Source: Nageia nagi
Lineage: Eukaryota; Plantae; Pinophyta
Length of the DNA stretch: 64,000 nucleotides
Direction: 5' to 3'
Assembly (NCBI GenBank): GCA_050084985.1
Contig: JBITNC010000001.1
Span: 165,044,001 to 165,108,000 of the forward strand
Part shown: piece after piece, positions 13,628 through 25,897 of the stretch
Numbering within the stretch: position 1 is the first letter of the stretch
Layout: each line of letters starts with the position of its first letter
Translations under genes and position numbers: made by a program
Notes under the pieces: generated by a model
Seen by the model: only the letters and a program-made list of their open reading frames with translations
What the model was told of the DNA's origin: nothing
Database searches by the model: none

Positions 13628-13784
13628 ATGGTTTACCCGTGTTGGACGACTATATATAAACATACCCTTTTTTGGAGCTGTGTCAGCTCTTACATTGACT
13701 GTGTTGCCATTTTGTATTACATTTGCTGTTGTATGGGCAGTGTATCGTCGGATCTCATTTGCTTGGATTGGTCAAGATATACTG
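13628..13784 (+). CDS. SPPL: SPPL gene, internal exon (first exon visible in the window)
   Basis: tgcag|A TGG... encodes (R)[52 protein letters not shown], then gtaaaa. This matches the plant SPPL2/SPPL4-type [10 protein letters not shown] region. AG/GT boundaries, 157 nt. Confidence 0.95.
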
Positions 13785-16700
13785 GTAAAACAATTTACTT
13801 TCAAGTACATTGTTTAGAAATCTAAATTAATTGGAACAGTTTTTTTGCAAATCTGTGTTGTTTCTTTACGAAGTATTGCACTGTGCCCTATTAACTTTTT
13901 AGGTGAAGGCTGAACATATTCTCTTGCACTTGGATGTATTGTGCAAATTACAATGCTGTTAATGGGGTTCATTGTTCTAACCTTCGGGTACTAATGAGTA
14001 GCAGACGAGGTGTTGAAGGAATTAAAATGAGCTTGAACAAACCTGTGTTACTTGATAAAACATGCATATTTGTGATGTTCCTTTTATTTTTATTTTTTTA
14101 TTTCTAGCAAACCCTCAATATAAAAATGCAGAAATAAATTGCAGCAATAAAATAACTCAGAAATTGCTCATAAAATAACACTAGTATGAGGAGAAATCAG
14201 CCAGTATCATATATATAAAATATTTCCAAACCAATACAAAGCTGGAATGGACAAATGGAATCCTTACGAAACTAAAAATGCAGATACAAACTTTCCAAAC
14301 TGAGTGAATCGCTCCACAAAAGAAATGCCACGAACCACTCACAGATGCCTCTTTTTGTATTTTTAATATTTTAGGGCAATAACACCTTCAATGATATTGC
14401 TAAGTCCCCAACCATGCACCTCCAATGCACTATGGGAATGAGCAAGACCTGCAATCTCAACTCATGGAAACTCTAGGGTTTCAATATTCAATTCTCATAT
14501 GACATAACATGCTCCAAATGAGATGCTCACTTCCTTTTATAGAATGAGGTTCTAATTTGGAGTTGACTTCTCCTAACCCTAAAATCACTTAAAGTACCTT
14601 ATTACAAAAAATAAAAGTATAAAACATAAATAAACACAACTTAAGTTATGTCTCCTAGTCACATGAACCCCTTTTCCACTTTTATAATTAAGTGTAGGAG
14701 ACATTTACAAAATATTTATTTTTGGAACATTACATTATTGGTACTACAGTATACTAAAGTAGCCAACAAAGGACAGAAATCATGTTACACTAGCTTTTGT
14801 AGAAACAGATCACCAAGGGGTCTTAAAAACTATGAAGTAGGTAATAAGGCTTGGAATTTTGAGGATGAACATGGAAAGGTCCATTATAGTTTCCAAAGTA
14901 CATCATACTTGAAAGATTGGAATAAGAGGCTTGCTTTATTACATTCCTTAATCAAGTATAAATACAAGAGAGAGAACCTAAAAATAGAAAAGGGTTCCTA
15001 AAAATAACATGTATCTATAATTAATCACTATCCTATAATTAACTACTAATCTATAATTAACCACTAATGTATTATTATTCTAACATACCCCCCATAATAC
15101 ATTAAGTTTTCAAAGAACATGAGAGGAAGCTCTAAAAGTATTCAAACTTTCCACAATCAAGAGATTTAGTGAAAACATCTGTAACTTGCTCTTTTGTGGA
15201 AACGTAACAAAGCTAAATGTTGTTTAGTGAAGCTTGGTCACGAGTGAAGTGCACTTGTATCTCAATATGTTTGGTGTGCTCATGAAAAGTAGGATTGCGA
15301 ACTAGTGTTAGTACAACTTGATTGTCACAGTGCAAAATGGTAGGTTGACTTTGTGGTATTCCAATATCTGCCAAAATGCGATGTAACCATATTGCCTTAA
15401 AAACAACATCTATGACAACATGTTATTTTGACTTTGTGGGAGATTTTTATGTGATACTTTATTTTTGCTACTCCAAGAAATTGGTCAAGATCCAAGGAAG
15501 AACACATATTCAGTTGTTGATTTTCTATCATCTAGGGATCCTTCATGATTCGCATCAGTGTATCCAGTCAAATAGAAATTATCTTCTTGTACTCCAGACC
15601 ATAAATATTAGTACCATAAATATATCTTAACACATGCTTAGCTGATGGCCAATATGTTTTCTTAGGTTCATGCATAAACCTAGAAAGATACTTAACAAAA
15701 TAGCAAATATTTGGCTTCATATATGAAAGGTAAATTAGCCCTCCAAGCAATTGACAATAAAGAAAGAAAGAAATTCTATTAATGTCCATGCATGACCAAA
15801 AATGGTCAATGGGACCGAGAATTACAACTATATGTTGTGGCAAGTGAGGCCCAAAAGGGTTCTCAGTACAAGAAAGCAAACTAAGAAGAACAATACATAA
15901 GTGCACTAGAGGGACAAAACCCTAAGAAAAAGAAACACATAATCGAATATCATAATTGTGTACTCAAGATTAGTCAGAAGGGAGGGCTCCAACTCGACTG
16001 GATTTCCCTATATTGTGGTAATTATGGTCATGGTGTTGTTGGAGCTAAAGAAGGATGTGATCTGCTAGGATTGTCGAGGCATAGGCTCATCACACAGTTG
16101 CTATTTAATGTGTTGGGTAGGTGGAGGAGGACTATCTTGCATCCTCCTATGTGCTTCCTCGCTCAACAAAGGCTGAAAGAAGGAGGTAATTAGGTTGTCC
16201 CTTGTCATGTGCTGAGCGTCAAATAAGAGACTTTTCCTAAGAAGGAATGCCTCTCTGATATAAAGCACCACACAATGCTGGTCTGGAAACTGGAAGAAGG
16301 TTAGGGTCGAGCTGTGGGACTCTCGAAAGAGACAGTGGTATCGTCCCCAAATCTCATAATAAATTGAGCACCTGAAGATGAATTGATCCTTGATTTCTGG
16401 CTCTCGCGAGCATAATTGACACACTTGAAGCTCACATGCTAAATGGTGATTTGTCTTGATCCATAGTTGGTGGGAGCATACTTTGAATTGGCCAAGGAAC
16501 ATCCTCTATCCATGAGGAAGGGGTAAACCAATGTAATCGGGTGGGAGTGTCAACCCTCTATCAAGTTTTAAGAAATGTTGGGAGTAATTTAGTAACTTGG
16601 GTGTGAGGAGATGCTAAGGAACAACCCAATTATACCTAATATATGCTTTGTAAATCATGTCTTTAATCGTTGTCAAAGTTTCATCTAAATCTCTATGGGA

Positions 16701-17295
16701 GTCTCCGTGGGTTTCAAGTAGTCAGTCATGGGAAAATCCAAAGCATTGTAATGCCTCAGTGACCTCAATGAGTCAACACCAACGACATCCTTGGGAACCA
16801 AGTCCATCGATGATGCCAAAGCTCTGTAGGGGAGTTGATCTACACCTCCTCTAGTGGATGCAAAGTGGTGGAATCGATGGAGAAAAAAGAACTAGCGTTG
16901 CAAGTGATTGAAATTGTAACGGTTGGCAACCAAACTCGACCAACATGATATGATGTAGGATGGACCTTTTGCTTCGAATGAAGCGAGACAATGTGCTGAT
17001 CATGATCCTCACAACTAAGACCCAATATGAGCTCCTCAAACTGGAGCCCCATACCTCATCACCATAAAGCACTGTGGGAGTGACCATAGTGTGAAATAGC
17101 TTAAGCTTGGACGAGATGGCCTAAAATTGGAGCTAGACAAAATGTCTCTAAAGGGAGACAACTGCCACATATCCTCGACGAAATTTGGGTGGTGCTGCCA
17201 CCCTCATCCAGAACCTAGCACCAATGAAGAGTACTCCCAAATAAGTGTAGGAGGTGGAGGTCTCAATAAACCTACCTCTATATGTGATCTAGGTC

Positions 17296-18438
17296 TATAA
17301 TGTCTCCAATTTTGGCATCTTACTCATTTAAGCATTGTGACATTTTTATTGGGCCACATGGAGTGGGATGCCCCTCTGTTAAGGATAATTAGGAATGATT
17401 TTAGTAGTTAGGAGTGATTTTAGTATTTTTGAATAAAATAGGACTTTATTTTGATGTAATAATGTAATTAGAGATCCCAAAAGAGAATTAGAAGCCTTTA
17501 AATACGATGTCCCATGTCTAGATGTATTTAGGAGTGTTATTGGTATTCTTGAGGCATTAATTAATGCTCTTGCTTGTTATCACGTAGCGTAGATATCTAG
17601 GAGTGATATTTATGATTCCAAAGGGGAATTATGTCTCTGAAAAAGGGACATTCAATGTCATAGTGCTATTTGGGATCTCAAGACTTGAAAATTATAATCC
17701 CATGGCAAGATTGTAAGCCCCAATGTGGGACATCCAATTTTGCATGATTCTGAGGTGAGATATAGATCCCAAAATGGGACGTCTAACTATAAAGGAGAGG
17801 AGCGCACCATTTTGTGATCATCTTTGTCTATCATCCATTATATCTTTTGAGACTTGGCTACAAAGTTAGTTTCTAGCCTCTTGTGGACGAAAACTTGCAA
17901 GAGAGTGGTATAGGAGGATGAAAGCCCTTCTAGATCCAAGGCTTAAGGATGAAAACACTTAAGTCTTTGTTTCGATGGCTTCTCCGAGTTTAGATCTAGC
18001 AGTTGGGAGTTCCTTAAGTGGTGCATCCAGTATGTGGGGTTGTAGTGAGTTAGTTTTGAGTTCAAATATGAGGGTTAAAGGCCCTAGTAGTGTGACGTCA
18101 GCCTTGTGGGGAGTTTGTAGTGTGTTCTTTGCATCAGATCTGGTCTTCTAACCAAACATCTAGTCCTTTGGGCCAATATTTCTGATTTTTGCAATATTTA
18201 ATTGTAATTGGGTGCAATTAATAAATAGATTTGTAAATCTGGTTTGCAACAATCTCTTCGGGCAGATTTGAAATAAACTTGTAAGTTCGAATTGCAAGAA
18301 TATTTCTGGGTAGGTTTGGTAGCAAATTTGTAAATCCAAACTACGAGAATTAGTTTGGGCAGATTAGGGCACGATTTGTAATTTGCATTTTTGTTAAGTT
18401 CTTGCAAATTCCAGTTTGCCCTAGTTTGGGACATTACA
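17296..18438 (+). mobile_element. Solo LTR (1143 bp) inside LINE ORF2
   Basis: Inverted termini TaTAATGTCtC...GGGACATTACA, TSD AGGTC/AGGTT, and a TATAAA box at about 17788. Confidence 0.8.
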
Positions 18439-20186
18439 AGGTTTGTGTATTCGTGGCCTTTAAAGTATTGAAGACCACCATGTTAGTTTTATTGAGATTA
18501 ACCAGTAGTTCTTATTTGTTGTTGAACAAATCTGAAGCGTCTAACAAGTGTTGAAGGCCCTCTGTCGCGTGTGAAAGCAAAATAATGTCATTGATAAAAA
18601 GGAAGATGGCGACTTGGCTATTGTGAAAGAGGCACCTTGTCTCGGGATCCATGATCTCTAGTACAAATGACTCGAATGGTGCTACGAATGCTATGTCGAA
18701 GAGACCCTCAAGAGTGAGCACTTGTCCCAACACAAACTCATAAGTTGTAGGACCCATATTAGGAATCCCTAACCATCTAAGTATGTCCATGAGCGGGTGT
18801 CGAGGAATTGTGTCGAAGGCATTCTTGACGTCCACAAAGAAACAAAAGATTGGGGATTTTCGGAAATTGGCCTCTTCAATGATTGCTTGGAGGGTGAGGA
18901 TGTGGTTGGTGGTGTGATAGTCTCTACAGAAACATACTTCTCCTTCTACCGTGAAGTCTCTCTCATCTGCCAGCTATGATATGTAGCCCTCAATCACAAT
19001 GGCATAGAGTTTAGCCATGGTGTGCTCAATCATGATGGTATGGTAATTGCTTGATTCATAGGGGTTGTCGGATTTGAAGATGGGTTGGACAATGTTTGAT
19101 GTCCAAGGGGTGGGAACGTCAGTGCAAATGATGATGTTGAAGAAAGAAGAGAGAAAGGGTGAGGAGGATGGAATGAACATGCTTTAAGTATTTGACTTGG
19201 AGTTTTTCGATGTTAGGTTCTTTTCCGGAATTAAGCAAAAGGATAGCATCATGGATGAGGTGGGGATGAAAGAAGTCCAAAGAGTATAGGCATGAGATGG
19301 TGATGGAAGGGGTATGGTTGGGATTGGTGCAGAGGTGAGAAGCGTAAATGATCCAATCCTGAAGGGAAATGTGGCTAAGATTGTGTCTTTTTGGTTTAAA
19401 GGAGTGCCATAAAGATTTGGGATTTTTGTGAAGGGCTGAGAGGAGCTCTTTTTGTCTTTTCGCCAAGAAAGTGGCACTTCTTGGTCCTCAAGAGGTGACG
19501 ATGTGCTTGAGGGAGGGAGTGGGTGGAAAGGAGTAGTTGAGGTGTTGATGGCATGTTTGAGAGGATAATGACTAAAATTACATTCTGCGTTGAACCATTG
19601 GTTCATCGAGGAAGGTGTAGGGAGTCAAGGGTGAGACAGGTGGTGTGGGGGGAAATCTTTATGGCTATGGATCAAAGTGTATTAGAAAGCAAAGATGCTT
19701 GATCGTCTATAGATGGAAGAGATTGTAGATGGTGAAGTTTTTGTTTCAAGACAAGGCTATACATGGGGAAAGAGCTTGGTCAAAGTGGATGAGCGTTTGG
19801 GGGAGGCATGGGATGGGGTGATGGGTCTTGGGGGGGATGTGGGCAGTATGTCTAGGAGGGGAGGGGTCAATTGGGCATTTTCGGTTAGGGGGAGACAAAG
19901 GGCGAGAAGAAAGTTATGGCAGTGTGACAAGCAAGGGACTAATAAGGATTTAGTCAACGCCATTGGATCCATTTGCATGAGGAAAGTAGGTGTGGTTTTG
20001 GGAGTGGGGAAATTGAGCAATACCATTCATGATGAGGAGGTCATGTGTCTCACCAAGCTTAATAAGGAATCTCTCGTATGCTAAGGTACGCATAATATCA
20101 TCATAGGCTCATTGGAGCTCACTCTCATGCTTCAAAGCATGAACATGAAGAGGATCAATTTGTCTATCAAAGTATTGTGTTTGAAG

Positions 20187-23100
20187 CATAGTAGTAAATC
20201 TCGGACTCGGCTCGGACTCGCCGAGGCCCACTCGGACTCGAGACTCGGGACTCGGCAAAAAAATCGGCCAGACTCGGCAAAAACTCGGCAAAAGAAAAAA
20301 TAAAAAAAATATGTATTTTTTCACTGAAAACATAAGTTTTTTCAATTGCATATTACTTATTATTGTTATTAGTGTCTTCTAGAAGCCTACTTACTCAACA
20401 TCAACATTATACAATTTACAATATACACAATTACGAATAAGAAAAAACGAATAGGAAGGGGCATATGTTTATATTCATCAAAATGTTAAAACTTCAAAGT
20501 TCACAATACAAAATGTGCCTATGAGGCTAAGATGGCTACAAAATACAAAAGCACACAATCTAATATCTAATTCTATGATGGCTGAAAACTTCAATTTTTT
20601 GTCATCCTTTTCCCCTTTGCCCTAGCATAAGATACAAGTTCCTTTTGTGCCTGAGCTACGGAACTAGATGGCACTTCCCCTTCTTGTACCCTTTGCTCTT
20701 CTTGCCCCTTTGCTGCCAACTCCTCAGCTAGAATTTCAAGATCATCAAAGACAATGTTAGGAATATTAGGATGTTGTAAAGGTTGATCCTCATCATCTGA
20801 AGACTCATCCACATCCCCTGAAGGCTGACCCTGATCCTGTAAAGGCTGATCCTGATCCTGTAAAGGCTGATCGTCTACGATCCATTCACTGGATGGATCA
20901 ATGGCATCAAGCTCAATGGCCTCATAATCTATACCTGCAATGTTTGCATAAAGTTCAATATCAATTTCTTAAATTTGTTTTCCAACTTACAAGAGTTGTA
21001 TATTTTATGAAATTGTAGATAATGGCCTCATAATCTAGATTCTATACCTGCAACTTTTTTATGGTGGAGGAGTAGATTGTAGTGAACAAACACAAGATCA
21101 TTTAATTTTTCTTGTGTTAACCTGTTTCTCCTTTTGGAGTGAATGTGCTCAAAGATACTCCAATTACGCTCACAACCAGAAGCACTGCATGGTTGGGATA
21201 ATACACGGATTGCAAAATTTTGTAGGTTGGGTGTAAATGACCCAAAATCCTCCCACCATAAGTCTGAAAAAATCCAATAAAAATAGATTTAATACACCAC
21301 AAGTTCACATGTAAAAATTGAAACTAAGATTAAAAGATTAAAGTTTAATGTTTAATATTTAAATAACTTACGTGGTAGCAAAGTATCAACTGCTTTGGCA
21401 CATTCAGGGGAACTGAAAAGGATGCCGGTGGCACTTTTATATGCTTGCATCTCAGTTTGTATTGCTGAGCGAATGTTTGGATCAGCCACCAAACGGTCAA
21501 TAGCAATCCTTAATCCTGACATCACCTCATAATCCTTACATTTTTTTCCAAACCAAAATTTGGGATTAAAATAGTAAGCTGCTGCATGAAGAGAGCTATG
21601 AAGTTGGAATGTCCAACGACGATCAATGAGATCCCAAAGGGGTTGGTATTTGGCCTTATCGATGTTATAATGTTTAGCAATAGCTTGTTTGGCCCTTTCC
21701 ATGGCCTCAAACACATAACCCATAGGTGGTTTGTCTCCATCAACAAGACGAAGAACTGTCACCAAAGGCTCTACTATCTGGAAAAAAAAATATTTAAATT
21801 CAATATAAAGTTTAAAACTTTAAAGTTAAACAAAAAAATAAAATTAAAAGTTTAATCTTGTAAATTGTACCTTGATGGCCTCCTCCATGGCCATCCAGAA
21901 GGGCTCCTCAAATAAGATGTCATAGACACTCTTCCATTCGGTGGTGCCTTTGAACCTAGCTCCAGCTTCCGTGAGCCACTCATCACCAACAAACATCTTC
22001 TTCATTGCCCCCTAGATATCAAATTTATGATTGAAGTTAGTTAATCTAATCACAAATCAAAAATTAAAAATAAATAACAATTATCATGTGTATGATTATG
22101 TTACGATGAAGTTATCAACCTGTGCCTGGAAGAGACTCTGCAAAGTAATAAAAGTTGTGGCAAATCGTGTAATCCCAGGCCGTGCTATCTCCCTGCCACT
22201 AGTGTATTGCCTCATAAGATGCAACACCCATGAATGATTGTAAACATATTTGACCACATGCTTTGCCTTCTCAACAATCGTGGCCAGCCAAGGTAATTTG
22301 CCAATGTCCTCCAGTAGCAAATCAAGACAATGGGCTGCACATGGGGTCCATACAAGTGTTTGGTATTTGCCCTCCAAAATCCTTCCTGCTCTCTTATAAG
22401 CTGAAGCATTATCCGTGATGATCTGGACAACATTTTCAGCTCCAACCTCATCCACTATGCTACCCAACAAGGCTGCAAGACGTACTCCATTCTTCACAAT
22501 GCCAGATGCATCTACTGATCTCAAGAATACAATGCCTTCACATGAGGCAACCAAGAAATTGATCAATGTTCTACCCCTACCATCTTCCCAACCATCTGAC
22601 ATAATCGTGCACCCTGATGTGTGCCAACTCTCACGTTGCTTATGAAGCAACGTTTGAATGTCCTGCACAGCCTCGTCAAGGAGAGGACCCTTCAAATCAT
22701 AATATGTGGGTGCCTTAAATCCTTGACCGCATGCTGCAATAGCCTCTACCATGCCCCGCCAATATGGAGACCTAGCCACATTGAATGGGATGTCTGAAAA
22801 AAACCAAAATGCAGCTATCGCCTTCCTGGCTTGCTTGTGTCTCTCCTCGTTCCATGCAGTCATACCATGCAATGTGGGTTGTGACCCTGGACTGGAACGT
22901 GAAGCAAAAAAAGATCCGGGTTTTGCAATTGAGGCAATGCTAGAGCTATTGCCACCACTACCACTAGCAACTCCTCTGCTAGGAAATGGTGATGGCGTAT
23001 ATGTGCTACCTGTCTCTCCAAGGGGGTTTGCCATGGCCACATCATGTTTCCTTTTCAATTCCTTCTTCTCTTTATAACCAATGAGAGATGCATTGCACTC

Positions 23101-24143
23101 TTGCTGAACCTCTAGGGGAACTGTAGGGCATGGCTTAACTTCTTTCCCTACTATCCTGGCTAAGTGATACTTGAGGCGGTTTATGCCTCCACTCATATCA
23201 AAATTACAAAAGAGGCATATCACACCTCCTTTGTGTTTTGATTTTCCAGGATTCACATATTTCCATGCAGCATCTTTCTTCCCTGGAGGTAATGTTGTGG
23301 GTATTGTTGGCTGCTCATGAGGTAGACTAGCCTCACTAGCCATGATCCTGCAGCTGCACAAGAAAAATAAAAAATAATAAGATACAAAAATTAAATTTAA
23401 ATAGAAAAAATAAAAATATAAGCACATGCCACAAGCTAAAAAAAATGGCTTAAATCACAAATAAAAAATGGTACTTAAAATTTTTGGCACCCGTCCAAGT
23501 ATTAAATTTAGTCCCTTTACGGGGTTCCAAGGGGCAGCGCCCCTGGCGTGCCACCCCCGTCACGAGACGGGGCTTCAAATTTTTTCGAAAGGGTACAAAC
23601 GGGCGTTCGGGAAGAGATCTGGGCTAAAAATTACACTATTCCAATTCGTTTGTATCTTACCCCTAAACCCCCTATTTTTACCTCGCGCAAATTAATTTCC
23701 TAAGTGTAATTTCCAAAGTTAAACTACTAATAATATTCGGCGAAAAAAAGAATATAGAAGGTAGAGAAATAAAATTACTTACCTCAAAATTTAGCACGGA
23801 TAAAATTCGGTTTGTCTAGTTGCAAAATGCTTCTCTCCCTCTCTTTCGCCCTTCTTCTAACAACTGCACCGCCAAAATGACCAAAAAAGACTAGAAAAAG
23901 TAATAAAAGGCAGAAACTGGGCACTTTTTCTCAAACTGGGCACTTTTTCTCTTGCTGGTCGTGTCAGACGAGTTTTGGCGAGTCTGCGGCTAGAAACTCG
24001 CGAGTCTCGCCGGGACTCGGGACTCGCCAAGACTCGCCAAAACTCGCCGAGTCCGGCGAGTCCGAGCTGCCAAGACTCGGCCAGACAGACTCGGACTCGG
24101 GACTCGCGAGTTTTGGCGATTCCCGGCGAGTTTTGCTACTATG
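20187..24143 (-). mobile_element. hAT DNA transposon, apparently intact and autonomous (3957 bp)
   Basis: Perfect 8-bp TSD GTTTGAAG at 20179-20186 and 24144-24151. 17-bp TIRs CATAGTAGTAAATCTCG / CATAGTAGCAAAACTCG. Dense ACTCGG/ACTCGC subterminal repeats. Confidence 0.97.
20591..23343 (-). CDS. hAT transposase (BED zinc finger, DUF659-type catalytic core, hAT dimerization domain), 776 aa. Exons 23343-22120, 22011-21871, 21777-21372, 21263-21048, 20934-20591
   Basis: All four introns are GT-AG and the phases join to 2331 nt with no internal stop. Motifs: AWKY..C.FC...GGINRLKYHL, IMSDGW, IITDNA, PCAAHC, TRFAT, WWEDFG, SASGCERNWS. Confidence 0.92.
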
Positions 24144-25897
24144 GTTTGAAGATTCCCCATCTTGCCATTGAAGTCCCTTGCCAACATTAATCCCTGTGCA
24201 TTGCATATCTAGCAATCTCAAGAAAAAGATCCAAAAAATGGTGATTCTCCATCTCCCTGTAGGGCATAGCACAATGTCATTAGCAAAAAATAACATCTTG
24301 GTATGTAGATCCTTCATAGAGGAAGGGTCTTGCAATGGATACCCAAATGTAGCGTGTGGGTATCGGTGCCCTCTACTCTCAACCTTTGGGAACAATCAGT
24401 CACTTACCAAGAAGTCTACACACCTTGTGCCTCGTTCAATATTGAAGGCTTTTAAAGTTGAAATCCAAGTGTAACTTGTTAAAGGAGTGAGGTCTTTGAC
24501 TATGCTCTCATGTGTGTCGGTGAATAATATTATGTTTATATGATTGATGCATCACAAACTAATCCAGGAGAAAACCAAATCATGTCGTTACAATACTAAT
24601 TTGTAAAGGTGAACATTGTAAGGGCATTCTTGTCGGCTTCATTGTGAAGGCTCAGGGTGTGTGCATTCTAGAGGGGGGGTTTTGCGTATGACTTCCCTAC
24701 AGTCAAATAATTGTCCATTTATTCTCTTTCCTTGATGCAACAACTAAAACCTGAGCTTTTTGAAGCTTCTCTATTTGGAATCGAGTGAGGTCGACATCCA
24801 TGTAGATTTTGGTAGAATGGTGAATAATGTTTTCTCTGCTCTCAAATCTTGTAATCTCTTAGCCGCAAATTTGAAACAAATGATCAATGGCCAACATGTG
24901 CTATTTAAGGATTATCCACCATGATATTCTTTCAAAGCCAACGTATTATGAAGGAAATCCAGGTTGGTTTTGTGGGGGTTGTTGGGTTTGGGAAGGCCGC
25001 AAACTCAAAGGTTGAGTTCTTTGTTATGATGAAGTCTTTTCTCAAATTTTGCATTCACAGCCTGATCTACAAGATGTGATGTCTTTTTACCTTTGACAAC
25101 TTGCACCCAAGAAGTTTGTTCTTTGATCTATTTTTATATAGTCTGTTGTTTGGATGTGGATTCAAGTTTAAGGCATGCTTGTTGTTGAATGATCTTTGAT
25201 TGTTGTATCTTGATTTCATCCATTGATTTGTGTAATTGCTGTAGATGTTGGGAAGGGATTATATCAGCCAAAGGTTTTTGAAATGATTCAATTTTCTCCA
25301 ATCTCTCTTGTGATTGTGAGGTGAATCGATGGTTTTTGAACATCTATTGTTGCAAAGTAGAAACCAATGCTTGGAATTCATCCCCTAAATTCTCCAACTG
25401 AATGATATGGTTACAATGTTTGCTATATTTTAGAAAAGATTTACATAATTTTGGAGTCTTCGTGGACATCAGAGTCACAAACACAATTTTGTTATCAACA
25501 AACTATGTTGTGACAGATTGAATCAGCCTTTGATCCAACTGATTGGATTACCTTGCAATCATGTGGATTGAATTCACTTGGATCGTTGATGTAGTTTGTG
25601 GAGTATAGAGTTGCTAGGTTACTGGAGTGTCAATGAAGTTGAATGGAAGAGCCATCAGGCTGGAGCAAATCTTCTCTAGAGGATTTGAGCCAGTGAATAG
25701 AGAAAAAACTTGAGGGGAAAGTCGGTATTACATGAATTGATGGTTGTAGAATGAGTTGCCATGGGTTGAGAGGAAGCTAATAAGATATTAGTCAATCGTA
25801 GACTCCTCGTGCAGGAAAGGGAGCTCGGGTGCAAGGTTAGAGATGGAGACACAAATGAAGAATGGGGCATGAGAATTCAGATGTGGAGTCGAGATCT

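Noticed and set aside
14011-14909. Solo LTR hosting the copia element (continuing about 34352-34470)
   Set aside because: The composition is LTR-like, but I could not find matching termini or a TSD.
22096-23427. The 443-aa ORF as a stand-alone or domesticated gene
   Set aside because: Its ends are intron read-through. It is exon 1 of the transposase within intact TIRs and a TSD.
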